Assembly (NCBI GenBank): GCA_049320885.1
Contig: JBMORA010000001.1
Span: 274,622-338,621, forward strand
Source of the DNA: Thermodesulfobacteriota bacterium
GTDB taxonomy: Bacteria > Desulfobacterota > Desulfobacteria > Desulfobacterales > SURF-7
Length of the DNA stretch: 64,000 bases
Direction of reading: 5' to 3'
Numbering within the stretch: the first letter of the stretch is position 1; each line of letters opens with the position of its first letter. A model generated the notes under the pieces. That model was not told the DNA's origin. It saw nothing but the letters and a program-made list of their open reading frames with translations, and did no database searches. Both the position numbers and the translations under genes were made by a program. Positions 11,178 through 22,512 of the stretch are shown here, one piece after another.

Positions 11178-13970
11178 TCAGGACCCATTATCGGTTTCCA
11201 GGACTTCCCGAACTTTATTGGTCAGTGTTTGAATGGAAAATGGTTTCTGTAAAAAATGAACGCCTTCTTCGAGAACCCCATGGTGGGCGATGACATTGGC
11301 CGTGTATCCCGACATATACAGCGTTTTCAACCCCGGCCGGTCCAGCGACAGGGAGACCGTCAATTCCCGCCCGTTCATCTGCGGCATCACCACATCGGTA
11401 ATCAATAGATGAATGGGGCCGTTATGTTGCGATGCCATGTGTTGAGCCCCCATGGGCGTTCGAGCAGCCAGAACCGTATACCCGTATCGTTCCAGAATTG
11501 CCTTGCCGAGATTCAGGATTGACGGCTCATCCTCAACCAGCATGATCGTCTCGGTGCCGCCGGCGGGTTTCGGCAGCGGTTTGCCGCCTTCATCCCCCTC
11601 TTTTATCGCTGTCCGCGGCAAATAAATCTTGAATGCGGTCCCTTGGCCCGGTTCGCTGTATACGTTGATGAACCCGTTGTTTTGTTTCACGGCGCCATAA
11701 ATGGTTGCAAGCCCGAGCCCCGTTCCTTTTCCCAATTCTTTGGTGGTATAGAAGGGTTCAAAAAGATGTGCCATTGATTCCTTGTCAATGCCGCAGCCCG
11801 TATCGCTTACCGCCAGCAGTACATATTCACCGGGGATCACGCCGATTTGCGTCATGCAATAGGTTTCATCCAGAAGGGCATTTTCCGTTTCTATGGTCAA
11901 CGTCCCAGTTCCGTTGATGGCATCACGAGCATTGACAGCAAGATTGACCAGAATTTGATCGAGTTGGGAGGGATCCATCTTTATCGGCCAGATATTCGCC
12001 GCCGGCTTCCAGACCAGGTGGATATCCTCGCCGATGAGGCGTTGAATCATCTTGATCATGCCGCCTATGGTCTCATTCATATCCAGCTGTTTCGGGGCGA
12101 TGGTTTGTTTGCGCGCAAAGGCGAGGAGTTGCCGCGTCAAATCCGCCGAACGCTGTGCGCTCGTTAATACTTCATGCAAATGAAAATACACTGGCGAGTC
12201 CGGATCCATCTCCTCCATGGCCATTTCGGTGTTCCCGATGATGGCCATCAGCATGTTGTTGAAATCGTGGGCTACGCCGCCGGCAAGTCGGCCGACCGAC
12301 TCCATTTTTTGCGCCTGAAAAAGTTGCGCCTGGAGCTTGCTATGCTCCATCTCCGCCAGTTTCTGCTCCGTGATGTCCGAAGTCGTACCGAAGCCGACGA
12401 TGTTGCCGTCGGATGTCACGAATGCCGAGCCATGGGAGCGGACCCAGATGACCGAGCCATCCGGACGGCATAAGCGGTATTCCAGGGACTCGTTTTGTTT
12501 AACGGCGGTCAATCCCGTGGACAGCGTCTCCAAGACATCAGACAAATCATCTGGGTGGACATGGGAAAAATATTTTTCAAAACTGTTGCCGATGCTCCCT
12601 TGGGGCAAATTGAGCAGGCGGTCCGCCACGGGAGAAATATAACTGCCCACAAATTTCCCTTGGGTATCCACTTCATAACGCCAAACGACATCGCTGATAT
12701 TCGCAACGAGCTTATCGTATTGCTCCTTGCTGTTCCGCAGGGCTTCCTCTGCGCGTTTCTGTTCGGTAAGATCGATGCCCATACAGGTTACATCCAGGAT
12801 GGAACCGTTTTCATCCTTGGTCAGAACGTTCGACCACGCCACGTTGAGGCGGGCACCGGTTCGCGTCATAATTTCATTTTCGTAGTTGGAAAAACCCAAG
12901 GTATTTCGCGAATGCATGACGGAATTGAATACATGGCGAACTTCCGCCCGGCTGTTTGAGGGAATGAAACTGTCAAACCAGTCCGACCCGATGATCTCCT
13001 CCTCCCGCCAGCCGGTCAATTTCAAAAAATGATCGTTTGCGAAAATGATCCGTGCATCCGGGTCCAGGCTGATTCCGATCTGAGGAATCGTGACGAGGAT
13101 GTTCTTCCATTTGCGCTCGGATTCCCGCAAGGCTTCTTCGGCGCGTTTACGTTCGGAAATATCCTGAATAACGCCGGTGATTTTCACGGGACGCCCGAGG
13201 GCATCTTTTTCAAGCTCCGCGACGGAAATGATCGTTCTGCGCTGCTTTGTACCATGGGTGACTATGTCAAATTCCAGGTTATATTCTTGATCCTTTTCAA
13301 TCAGATCCACGAGCGCCTGGTGCACCCTTTCCCGCTCCGGGATACAGGTTTCAACCTCGTCGGTGCTGAAATCGTCCGCAGCCACGTCAAAACCATAAAT
13401 CCGTTTGGCCTCGTCCGATCCCCAGAAGCGGGTTGTTTCAAGGTCGTATTCCCAACTGCCCACATGCCCGATTGCCTGGGCTTTCCGATAGCGTCCTTCA
13501 CTTTCGACCAGTTCCTTTTCAATCCGTTTCTTTTCCGTGATATCGTTGTAGGTTATGACGACACCATGTCCTTCGATGGGAAGAGGCGCAGCCGTTACGT
13601 TGATCCAGGTGGTCGTGTTATTTGATCCAACGACTCCCATTTCGCAATCGGTTACGCATCGGTTTTCCTTTAGGGCGATGACGCTGGCCCATTCTTCGGG
13701 CGGCATTTCAGAGCCATCGGTGCGAACTATTTTCCATTCCGGCCCGCCGATGGTTCTGTCTTCATGTTCTTCCCTGCATACCCCCAAAAGCGTTTCCGCC
13801 ATGGCATTGGTTTCAAGAATTTTTCCCTCGGCATCGGAGACAGTGATGCCATGTGGAAATGAATGAAAGAGGGTCTGATACTTCTTGGCGGCGGTCTGAT
13901 ATAGAAGGACTTGCCGTTCCAGTTCGGCAACCCGTTGCGTAAGCTCTTCGTAGGTAGGCTCTCTTGACAC
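11178..13970 (-). CDS. Multi-PAS hybrid histidine kinase with C-terminal receiver domain
   Basis: About four PAS/PAC repeats, H-box AGGVAHDFNN, G-box GKGTGLGL, receiver LLITDVVMP; GTG start after GGAGGT. Confidence 0.92.
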   Translation of the reverse strand: MSREPTYEELTQRVAELERQVLLYQTAAKKYQTLFHSFPHGITVSDAEGKILETNAMAETLLGVCREEHEDRTIGGPEWKIVRTDGSEMPPEEWASVIALKENRCVTDCEMGVVGSNNTTTWINVTAAPLPIEGHGVVITYNDITEKKRIEKELVESEGRYRKAQAIGHVGSWEYDLETTRFWGSDEAKRIYGFDVAADDFSTDEVETCIPERERVHQALVDLIEKDQEYNLEFDIVTHGTKQRRTIISVAELEKDALGRPVKITGVIQDISERKRAEEALRESERKWKNILVTIPQIGISLDPDARIIFANDHFLKLTGWREEEIIGSDWFDSFIPSNSRAEVRHVFNSVMHSRNTLGFSNYENEIMTRTGARLNVAWSNVLTKDENGSILDVTCMGIDLTEQKRAEEALRNSKEQYDKLVANISDVVWRYEVDTQGKFVGSYISPVADRLLNLPQGSIGNSFEKYFSHVHPDDLSDVLETLSTGLTAVKQNESLEYRLCRPDGSVIWVRSHGSAFVTSDGNIVGFGTTSDITEQKLAEMEHSKLQAQLFQAQKMESVGRLAGGVAHDFNNMLMAIIGNTEMAMEEMDPDSPVYFHLHEVLTSAQRSADLTRQLLAFARKQTIAPKQLDMNETIGGMIKMIQRLIGEDIHLVWKPAANIWPIKMDPSQLDQILVNLAVNARDAINGTGTLTIETENALLDETYCMTQIGVIPGEYVLLAVSDTGCGIDKESMAHLFEPFYTTKELGKGTGLGLATIYGAVKQNNGFINVYSEPGQGTAFKIYLPRTAIKEGDEGGKPLPKPAGGTETIMLVEDEPSILNLGKAILERYGYTVLAARTPMGAQHMASQHNGPIHLLITDVVMPQMNGRELTVSLSLDRPGLKTLYMSGYTANVIAHHGVLEEGVHFLQKPFSIQTLTNKVREVLETDNGS

Positions 13971-14344
13971 CGGAAAGACCTCCAGATTGTAATGATGGCG
14001 GTTCTGAAAAAATCCGGAACAATTGATCTCAGGCTGGACAATTAACAATAAGGATCGGGTGAAACGGATGCAGGAAACTGTAAAATAGCCTGACAGGATA
14101 GCAAGTTAGCATTGCCTGCTCGTCCAAGCAAGAATAATGTTGGAACTGTTTGTCTGGATGAGATGAATCGCTGAAAATGAGATGGCCGTCACGAAACGGA
14201 AAAGTGGCGGAATCTCCAGCTTTGTGATAGCATGCGCCCCATCGCCCGTCGGCTTCCCGTCAGGGGCAGGCTGTCATCGTCTTCCGAACAACCGCAACCA
14301 TGCAAACGGGGATATCAGACCATATCCCCCCAAGGGGATTCGCA

Positions 14345-17300
14345 ATGAAAAAGACCGTCTTGGCGCTATGGCTCTTGGTTTTCACTTCCATCCTGTTCCC
14401 CGCCGGCTGTGAAAAAAAGGAGGAAGTCCAACCCATCGGCCCGCCCGATCCGAAAATCGTCTCGTATCATTCCGACGATCGCATCTCGCGGCAGGGACCG
14501 ATCAAGGTGGTTTTCACCAGCGATCTGGCAGCCCCCCACCTGATCGACCAGGTTCTGGAGCCGTCCCCGTTCACCTTCACTCCGGCCATCACTGGCAAGG
14601 CTCTTTTCCAGAACCCGCGGACCCTGGTCTTCATCCCCTCCCCCCGACTGCCCGGCGGAAATAATTTCGACGTCAGCGTCGATATGACGGCCTTTCTGCC
14701 CAAGGAAGCCGAGAACGCGGTTTTCGGTTTCAAGTTCCGGACCATCGAACCGGATTTCGACATCACCCATGACAATCTGGAACCGGTGGCCCCCGACAAA
14801 TTGCAGTTCCAGCGGCTCACGGGCAAGATCACCACGGCCGACACGGCCGAGGCCGGGGAAGTCGAAAAAGTCCTGAAGGCCGTCCAGGAAGGGAAAGCCC
14901 TTGCCGTCACCTGGACCCATGCCGGCGACAAACGCAGTCATCTCTTCACCGTGGACGGCATCCAGCGCGGCGAAAATCCCTCCCAGGTGGAGCTGACCTG
15001 GGACGGCGCTTCCATGGAGGTCAAGAAAACCGGGAAAGAAACCATCGAGGTACCGGCCCTGCAGGCGTTTTCCATGTCCGGTTTTCAGGTCCTGGAAAAA
15101 GAGGAGCGCCATCTCGCCGTCCAATTTTCCGACCCCCTGGAAAAAAATCAGGACCTGCGGGGTCTCATCCGCGTCGGTAATCTGACGGAACTGCGCTTTG
15201 AAATCATCGACAACAGTGTCCATATTTACAGCCTGACGGGTCTGTCCGGCAGCAACACCGTGTCGCTGGAACCGGGCATCCGCAACTCCATGGGCAAAAA
15301 ACTGCCGGAACCGGTTTCCTTCGAGGTGAATTTCGAGCCCATGAAACCCCAGGTCCGTTTTGCCGGCAAGGGGGTCATTCTGCCCACCTCCCGGGAACTC
15401 GTCCTGCCCATCGAAGCGGTCAACCTCCGGGCCGTGACCGTTTCGGCGCTCCACATCTACGAGACCAGCATCCCCCAGTTTCTTCAGGTCAACACCCTGG
15501 ACGGCGAGAAGGAACTGAAACGCGTGGGCCGGACGGTCTGGAAAAAGAAGATCCCCCTGGAAACGCCGCCGGACAAAAACAACCAATGGGTCCGCTACGG
15601 GCTGGATCTCGCGAGTCTCGTGGAAAAGAACACCCACGGCATTTTCCGTCTGCAACTCACCTTCGGCAGGGAGGACATCATCTACCCCTGCAAGGGCGAG
15701 CCGGCGCCCCTGAAAAACGCCGCCCCATCCGCCCTTCCCGATGCGACGGAAACGGACAGCGAGGACGACGAGCTGGAAGACAGCCTCTGGGATTCCGTTG
15801 AAAACTACTACGGGGATTCGGAATACGAGGATTCCTATGACCAGCGGACCAACCCCTGCAGCCGCAGCTATTACCGCAGGTATTACGACCATAACATCAC
15901 CGTGGCCCGCAACGTGCTGATCTCGGATATCGGCCTCATCGCCAAACGCGGGACGGATAAGATCCTTTTCGCGGCGGCCACCGGCATCCGCAGCGCCGCC
16001 CCCCTCGCGGGGGCCGAGCTGACGCTGCTGGACTACCAGCAACAGGTGATCAGCCAAGGCAAGACCGATGAGCAGGGCCTGGCGCGGCTGTCTTTCGAAC
16101 GCAAGCCCTACCTCCTGGTAGCGAACCAAAACGGCCAGACTGCGTATCTGCGGGTGGACGACGGACAGGCCCTGTCCCTGAGCCATTTCGACATCGCCGG
16201 CCAGGAAGTCACGGAGGGAATGAAAGGCTTCATCTACGGCGAGCGCGGGGTATGGCGGCCGGGCGACACCATTTTCCTGACCCTGATTCTCCTGGATGAA
16301 ACCCGTACCCTCCCGGCCACCCACCCGGTGGTCTTCGAACTGCGCAACCCCAAAGGCCAGATCGTCAAGACCCATCAGACCCGGGAGGCGTTGAACGGGT
16401 TTTACTGTTTTCAGACCGCCACCGCCGAAGACGCCCCCACCGGCACCTGGACCGTGCGCGCCAAGGCGGGCGGTGCCGTTTTCGAGAAAAGCCTGAGAAT
16501 TGAAACCGTGATGCCCAACCGCTTGAAAGTGAAGCTGGACCTGGGTCCCGAAGGCACGCAGCTCGAAGGCGGCACCATCCAGGGAGAACTTTCGGCCGCC
16601 TGGCTCCACGGCGCCATCGCCAAAAACCTGAAAAGCGATGTGGAATTGAATTTCAGCGCCGTCAAAACCACCTTTAAAAACCATGAGGAATATGTCTTTG
16701 ACGACCCCGCCCGGGAGTACCAACCGGAACGACAGACTGTTTTCGAAGGCAGCCTGGACGAAAACGGCCGGGTGGCGATCAAGGCCGAGATCAGCGCCAA
16801 AAATCTCTCCCCGGGGATGCTCAGCGCGGATTTCCGAACCAGGGTGTTTGAATACGGCGGCGCGTTCAGCGTCGATCGGGTCAGCTACCCCTATCATCCG
16901 TATCAGCGCTATGTGGGCCTGCGTCTTCCACCCGGAGACAGCGCCCGGAACATGCTGCTGACCGACACCAGGCACCCGGCCCGTATCGTCCTCCTGGATC
17001 CCCGGGGGAAACCGGTTCCCAAAGGCCGGGTCAAGGTCGAGCTGGCCAAAATCAAATGGCGCTGGTGGTGGGACAAGGGCGCCGATGAACTGGCCGGTTT
17101 TGCCTCGGGGGACGAGTATCGGCCCATGGCTGCCACGGAGCTGGAGGTCGTGAACGGCCAGGCCGAATGGCCTTTTGAAATCAAGTATCCGGAATGGGGA
17201 CGTTTCTTCGTCCGGGTCACGGATCTGGAAGGCGGTCATTCCACCGGCCGGACCTTTTACGCGGATTGGCCCGGCTGGGCCGGCAGAGGCCGGCAGGACA

Positions 17301-19921
17301 TGCCGGGCAGCGCTTCGATCCTGAGTTTTTCAACGGATAAGACGGATTACCAGGTGGGTGAGGAAGCCATCCTGACCATCCCCACCGGCAAGGAAGGCCG
17401 GGTGCTGGTAAGCGTCGAATCCAATTCGAGAGTCCTGCATACCGCCTGGGTGCGGCCGGAAGGCGAAACCACGCGCTACCGGCTGAAAACGACGCCGGAA
17501 ATGGCCCCGAATGTCTACCTGCACGCGACCTATCTCCAGCCCCACGGCCAGGGGACCAATGATCTGCCCATCCGCCTCTATGGCGTCACGCGCATGAACG
17601 TGCATGATCCGGCCACCAGGCTGGCGCCGGTGATCCGGAGCCCGGAGGTGTTGGTTCCCGGCCAGAAGGCCGGAATCACGGTCAGCGAGGATTCCCACCG
17701 GCCCATGACCTATACCCTGGCACTGGTGGACGAAGGGCTGTTGGATCTGACCCGTTTCAACACACCGGATCCCTGGGCGTATTTCTACCAGACCGTGGCC
17801 CTGGGCGTGAAAACCTGGGATCTCTTCGACCTGGTGTCAGGAGCCTATGGCGGCAAACTGGAGAAACTGCTGGCCATCGGCGGCGACGAGGCCCTGATGG
17901 ACAACGCCAAGAAAAAAGCCCGGCGGTTTCCACCCCTGGTGCGTTTTATAGGACCTTTTCACCTGGAAGCCGACGGCGCCCGAACCCATGAAATCGATAT
18001 CCCGCCAACCATCGGCTCCGTGCGGATCATGCTGGTGGCGGCTCACGAAAAATCCTTCGGCTTTGCCGAAAAAGCCGTCCATGTCCGCAAACCGCTCATG
18101 GTGGCGAGCACCCTGCCCAGGGTCTTGGGTCCGGAAGAAACCGTCGCCTTCCCCATCACGGTTTTTGCCATGGATCCCGGGATCAGGGACGTCACCGTCC
18201 GGATCAGAACCGAAGGCCCCCTCGCTGCCGAAGGTGAAACCGAAAAACGCATTGCCTTCACCACCCAGGGCGAGGAGGTCGTGGAGATGAAACTCGCCGC
18301 CGGAGCCCAACCGGGAATCGCCCGGGTTTTCGTAACAGCCGAGGACGGTGGTGAAAGCGCCGCGGAAACCACCGAAATCGATGTCCGCGCGAATTCCGAG
18401 CCGGTGACGGAAGTGGTTCATGGAACCATCGAAACGGGCGGTGTTTTCGAGCGGGAAATCAACCTGCCGGGCAGACCCGGCACCAACAGCGCCTCCCTGG
18501 AAATATCCGCCTTCATGCCCATGGACATCGGCAAACGCCTGGACTACCTGATCCATTATCCCCACGGCTGCCTGGAGCAAACCGTTTCCGCCGCCTTCCC
18601 CCAATTGTATCTCGGCGAGCTGCTCCGGCTTTCCCCGCGGAAGCAGGACCAGGTGCAGCGACACATCGAGACGGCGCTTCAAAAGCTGCGCTCTTTCCAG
18701 TCCCTCAACGGCGGATTTCAATATTGGCCCGGAGATCAGCGCACCGAAGACTGGGTGTCCAATTATGCCGGGCATTTTCTGGTCGAAGCGGAAAAAACCG
18801 GCTATCTCGTGCCCCGGCAGATGATCTCCCAATGGTTGGCGTATCAACGGGCCAAGTCGCGCTCCTGGGTGACGGGCACCGTCGCTTCCGAGCTGATCCA
18901 GGCCTATCGCCTGTTCACCCTCGCCCTGGCCGGTGATCCGGATCTGGGCGCCATGAACCGGCTGCGGGAGTCCAAAGACCTGCCCGTGACCGCCAAGTGG
19001 AACCTGGCCGCCGCCTATTTCATGGCCGGCCAACCGGAAGCCGCCGCGCAACTGGCCAAGGCCGGGGATACCACGGTTGCACCCTACCGGGAACTGGCCA
19101 ATACCTATGGCTCCGATTTGCGCGACAAGGCCATGATTCTCCAGGCCATGTGCCTGATGAACCGGGCCGGGGAAGGCGAAGCCATCGCCCGGGAAATTTC
19201 CGCAAGCCTGACGGGCGACAAATGGCTCAGCACCCAGTCCGGCGCCTATGAATTGATGGCCATGGCGCGTTACTCCGGCGCCCTGACAGGCGCCCGGATG
19301 GATTTTGAATATGCCTGGAACGGCTCTCCGGTTGCGCCGGTTTCGGATTCCACTCCGGCAATTCAGATACCGCTGGAGCCGGGCGGCGGGACCTCCGGCA
19401 AGCTGACCATCCGCAACACCGGTTCAACGACCCTGTACCCCCGGCTCCTCCTGCGGGGGATCCCGGCCATGGGCGCTGAAACCGCATCCGAAAACGGCCT
19501 GGGCATGTCCATGGTCTTTCTGGATTCTTCCGGACGCGACCTCGATCCGGTAACCATCGAACAGGGAACGGATTTCACCGCCCGGGTGACCATCCGGAAC
19601 ACCGGCCAGGCGGGGGCCTACGAGGCCGTGGCCCTCAGCGAGGTATTTCCATCCGGCTGGGAAATCCGCAACCTGCGCCTGGACCCCGCCGTGGAATCCG
19701 ACAATCATTTATTTGAGTACCAGGATGTCCGGGATGACCGGGTGTACACCTATTTCCATATCGGCCAGGGCGAGTCCAGAACCTACTCCGTCCTGCTGAA
19801 CGCCGCCTATCGCGGGAAATTCTATCTTCCACTGATCAAGACGGAAGCCATGTACGACGGCACCATCCACGCCCGGATTCCGGGGAAATGGGTGGAAGTC
19901 GTCAAGGCCGGCATACAATAG
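14345..19921 (+). CDS. yfhM: Bacterial alpha-2-macroglobulin lipoprotein
   Basis: Lipobox PAGC, thioester motif YPHGCLEQ, ERGVWRPGD, C-terminal DVRDDR; directly upstream of pbpC. Confidence 0.93.
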   Translation: MKKTVLALWLLVFTSILFPAGCEKKEEVQPIGPPDPKIVSYHSDDRISRQGPIKVVFTSDLAAPHLIDQVLEPSPFTFTPAITGKALFQNPRTLVFIPSPRLPGGNNFDVSVDMTAFLPKEAENAVFGFKFRTIEPDFDITHDNLEPVAPDKLQFQRLTGKITTADTAEAGEVEKVLKAVQEGKALAVTWTHAGDKRSHLFTVDGIQRGENPSQVELTWDGASMEVKKTGKETIEVPALQAFSMSGFQVLEKEERHLAVQFSDPLEKNQDLRGLIRVGNLTELRFEIIDNSVHIYSLTGLSGSNTVSLEPGIRNSMGKKLPEPVSFEVNFEPMKPQVRFAGKGVILPTSRELVLPIEAVNLRAVTVSALHIYETSIPQFLQVNTLDGEKELKRVGRTVWKKKIPLETPPDKNNQWVRYGLDLASLVEKNTHGIFRLQLTFGREDIIYPCKGEPAPLKNAAPSALPDATETDSEDDELEDSLWDSVENYYGDSEYEDSYDQRTNPCSRSYYRRYYDHNITVARNVLISDIGLIAKRGTDKILFAAATGIRSAAPLAGAELTLLDYQQQVISQGKTDEQGLARLSFERKPYLLVANQNGQTAYLRVDDGQALSLSHFDIAGQEVTEGMKGFIYGERGVWRPGDTIFLTLILLDETRTLPATHPVVFELRNPKGQIVKTHQTREALNGFYCFQTATAEDAPTGTWTVRAKAGGAVFEKSLRIETVMPNRLKVKLDLGPEGTQLEGGTIQGELSAAWLHGAIAKNLKSDVELNFSAVKTTFKNHEEYVFDDPAREYQPERQTVFEGSLDENGRVAIKAEISAKNLSPGMLSADFRTRVFEYGGAFSVDRVSYPYHPYQRYVGLRLPPGDSARNMLLTDTRHPARIVLLDPRGKPVPKGRVKVELAKIKWRWWWDKGADELAGFASGDEYRPMAATELEVVNGQAEWPFEIKYPEWGRFFVRVTDLEGGHSTGRTFYADWPGWAGRGRQDMPGSASILSFSTDKTDYQVGEEAILTIPTGKEGRVLVSVESNSRVLHTAWVRPEGETTRYRLKTTPEMAPNVYLHATYLQPHGQGTNDLPIRLYGVTRMNVHDPATRLAPVIRSPEVLVPGQKAGITVSEDSHRPMTYTLALVDEGLLDLTRFNTPDPWAYFYQTVALGVKTWDLFDLVSGAYGGKLEKLLAIGGDEALMDNAKKKARRFPPLVRFIGPFHLEADGARTHEIDIPPTIGSVRIMLVAAHEKSFGFAEKAVHVRKPLMVASTLPRVLGPEETVAFPITVFAMDPGIRDVTVRIRTEGPLAAEGETEKRIAFTTQGEEVVEMKLAAGAQPGIARVFVTAEDGGESAAETTEIDVRANSEPVTEVVHGTIETGGVFEREINLPGRPGTNSASLEISAFMPMDIGKRLDYLIHYPHGCLEQTVSAAFPQLYLGELLRLSPRKQDQVQRHIETALQKLRSFQSLNGGFQYWPGDQRTEDWVSNYAGHFLVEAEKTGYLVPRQMISQWLAYQRAKSRSWVTGTVASELIQAYRLFTLALAGDPDLGAMNRLRESKDLPVTAKWNLAAAYFMAGQPEAAAQLAKAGDTTVAPYRELANTYGSDLRDKAMILQAMCLMNRAGEGEAIAREISASLTGDKWLSTQSGAYELMAMARYSGALTGARMDFEYAWNGSPVAPVSDSTPAIQIPLEPGGGTSGKLTIRNTGSTTLYPRLLLRGIPAMGAETASENGLGMSMVFLDSSGRDLDPVTIEQGTDFTARVTIRNTGQAGAYEAVALSEVFPSGWEIRNLRLDPAVESDNHLFEYQDVRDDRVYTYFHIGQGESRTYSVLLNAAYRGKFYLPLIKTEAMYDGTIHARIPGKWVEVVKAGIQ

Positions 19922-19925
19922 AAAC

Positions 19926-22406
19926 TTGCGGCGGAGATGGTTTCACATGATCCTTTTGTTTCGAAATGCCGGACGGCGCCTTTTCCGCTTTATCCGGAAA
20001 ACCGGCGGCCTGATACCCCTGGGTTGGCTGTTCATCCCGTTGGCCTTCCCGGTTCTGTTGTTCTTTGTATTTTCCGGAAAAAACGAACCCGTTTTCCAGG
20101 CCCCCTATTCCCAACTGCTGCTGGATCAAAACGGTGAACTGCTGGGAGCCGCCATTGCCGACGACGACCAGTGGCGTTTCCCGCCGGCCGGACAAGTGCC
20201 GGAACGCTTCGTCGATGCTCTGCTGCTCTTTGAGGACCGCCGTTTTCACCGGCATCCGGGAGTGGATCCCCTGGCCCTGGCCAGGGCCGTCAAACAAAAC
20301 ATTCTGGCCGGGAAAAAAATCAGCGGGGCTTCCACCATCACCATGCAAGTGATCCGGCTGTCCCGGCCCGGCCGGCCGCGTTCCTTTGTTGAAAAAATCA
20401 TCGAAATGCTGCTGGCCCTGAGGCTGGAAACCCGCAAAAGCAAGGCGGAAATCCTTTCCCTGTATGCGGCCCACGCCCCGTTCGGCGGGAATGTGGTCGG
20501 CATCGAGGCCGCCGCCTGGCGCTTTTTCGGTCATGCCCCAGGGGAGCTGACCTGGGCGGAAGCCGCCGTCCTGGCGGTGCTGCCCAACAGCCCGGGCCTG
20601 ATCCACCCCGGAAAAAACCCGCACCTGCTGATGAAAAAACGCAACCGGCTGCTGATGCGCCTTCAGGAAAAAGGCCGGATCGATGAACTGACCTGCCGGC
20701 TGGCAATGCAGGAACCCCTGCCCGATTGGGGCAACCCCATACCCAATGTGGCGCCGCACCTGCTGGAACGGGTCAAGACCAGGCGGAAACTCGCCGGTGG
20801 AAGCAACCAGGACGCGGCGGCCGCACGGCTGCAAACGAGCCTCGTAAAAGAACTCCAGGTTGCCGCAACCGAAATCCTGGTGAAGCATCACCTGCGGCTA
20901 AGACAGAACCGCATCGAAAACGCCGCGGCTCTGATCCTGGATGTCAAGACCGGTAATGTCCTGGCATATATCGGCAACGTTCCCGGAAGCAGGAACCATG
21001 AGCATGCCAACTGCGTGGATATCATCATGGCCAGACGCAGCACGGGCAGCATTCTCAAACCCCTGTTGTACGCGGGCATGCTGGATTCCGGCGAGATGCT
21101 GCCCGCCACCCTTTTTCCGGATGTCCCCACCCGGCTGGGAGGCTTCGCCCCGCAAAATTTCGGTAAAACCTACCAGGGGGCCGTGACCGCCGCAACCGCC
21201 CTGATCCGCTCCCTCAACGTTCCGGCGGTGCGTATGCTCCAGTCATACGGAGTCGGACGGTTCTGTTCCCTGTTGAAATCCGTGGGCATGACGACCCTGC
21301 ACCGCGGAGCCGACGAATACGGTCTCGCCGTGATTCTGGGCGGCGCGGAAGGCCGCCTGTGGGAGATCACCGGGATATACGCAGGCCTGGCCCGACTGGC
21401 CCTTTCCCAGTCAGCGGACCCGCGAAAACGGGCCTTCTTTCCCCCGGCCTTCATCCCGGCGCCCGTAACCGCCCTCCACCATGACCCGGCCCGGACGGAT
21501 GGCGAACTGAATTCTCCGCTTTCACCGGCCGCTGCCTGGCTGACCCTCAACACGCTTTCCGAACTGGTCCGGCCGGAGGAGGAAGGCGACTGGCGCAGTT
21601 TCAAGTCCGCCGCCCGGATCGCCTGGAAGACCGGAACCAGCTATGGGTTCCGGGATGGCTGGGCCGTGGGGACCACCGCCCGGCATGCCGTGGGGGTATG
21701 GGTCGGAAACGCCGACGGCGAAGGCCGGCCCGACTTGACGGGAATCCACGCCGCCGCCCCCATTCTTTTCGATCTGTTCCGCATCCTGGGAGATCAGCCT
21801 TGGTTCTACATGAAGCCCAAGGGGCTTGTCACCATACAGGTCTGCGCCCACAGCGGACATCGCGCCGGAATGGACTGCGCGGAAACCAGAACCGTGCCGG
21901 CACCGAAGGCCGGGCTTGGCAGCGCTGTCTGCCCTTATTGCCGGACCATCCATTGCGATGGGGAAAAGCGCTATCGCCTGCATTCCAAATGCGCCCGGAT
22001 CGCCGACCTGCAGCCGGCGAAATGGTTTGTACTGCCGCCCGCCATGGAGTGGTATTACCGCAAATGCCATTCCGACTACAAGCCGCTGCCACCCTTCCGG
22101 AACGACTGCCGCGAGGTTCTTCCACCGGCAACCACCACCTCCATGTGCCTGCTGTATCCCGGCCGGAACGATCGAATCTATGTTCCGCTGGAACTCGGCG
22201 GTGACAGGGGGCGCACCGTTTTCCAGGCGGCCCACCGCGATCTGCGGGCCGCCGTTTACTGGCACCTTGACGAAAATTTCATCGGCAGCACCCGGGAGAT
22301 TCATCACATGGCCCTCATGCCGTCTCCCGGCCCTCACATATTGACGCTGGTGGATGAAAACGGCGAACGGCTGGTTAAAAAATTTGTGGTGCTGGATAAG
22401 CAGTAA
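19926..22406 (+). CDS. pbpC: Penicillin-binding protein 1C
   Basis: EDRRF..HPGVD and GASTITMQ transglycosylase motifs; GSILKP, SLN and KTGTS transpeptidase motifs; start may be 19947. Confidence 0.93.
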   Translation: MRRRWFHMILLFRNAGRRLFRFIRKTGGLIPLGWLFIPLAFPVLLFFVFSGKNEPVFQAPYSQLLLDQNGELLGAAIADDDQWRFPPAGQVPERFVDALLLFEDRRFHRHPGVDPLALARAVKQNILAGKKISGASTITMQVIRLSRPGRPRSFVEKIIEMLLALRLETRKSKAEILSLYAAHAPFGGNVVGIEAAAWRFFGHAPGELTWAEAAVLAVLPNSPGLIHPGKNPHLLMKKRNRLLMRLQEKGRIDELTCRLAMQEPLPDWGNPIPNVAPHLLERVKTRRKLAGGSNQDAAAARLQTSLVKELQVAATEILVKHHLRLRQNRIENAAALILDVKTGNVLAYIGNVPGSRNHEHANCVDIIMARRSTGSILKPLLYAGMLDSGEMLPATLFPDVPTRLGGFAPQNFGKTYQGAVTAATALIRSLNVPAVRMLQSYGVGRFCSLLKSVGMTTLHRGADEYGLAVILGGAEGRLWEITGIYAGLARLALSQSADPRKRAFFPPAFIPAPVTALHHDPARTDGELNSPLSPAAAWLTLNTLSELVRPEEEGDWRSFKSAARIAWKTGTSYGFRDGWAVGTTARHAVGVWVGNADGEGRPDLTGIHAAAPILFDLFRILGDQPWFYMKPKGLVTIQVCAHSGHRAGMDCAETRTVPAPKAGLGSAVCPYCRTIHCDGEKRYRLHSKCARIADLQPAKWFVLPPAMEWYYRKCHSDYKPLPPFRNDCREVLPPATTTSMCLLYPGRNDRIYVPLELGGDRGRTVFQAAHRDLRAAVYWHLDENFIGSTREIHHMALMPSPGPHILTLVDENGERLVKKFVVLDKQ

Positions 22407-22413
22407 AAAAAAT

Positions 22414-22457
22414 AAAAGCCGGAGCCCGGACTTTCAATCAGTTCCGGCCTCCGGCTT
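22414..22457. terminator. Hairpin between convergent pbpC and PEP-CTERM genes
   Basis: AAGCCGGAG...CTCCGGCTT inverted repeat with inner CCGGA/TCCGG pairing; A tract on the left gives a U tract on the minus strand. Confidence 0.65.
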
Positions 22458-22512
22458 GTGGCAGCATGATGGCTCATTGCTTTTTATGGCTTGATCAAAA
22501 CCAGCCGTCTGT

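Noticed and set aside
11078..14300. Genomic island inserted at tRNA-Cys
   Set aside because: There is no integrase, and I saw no duplicated tRNA 3' end in the window; only a sensor kinase follows.
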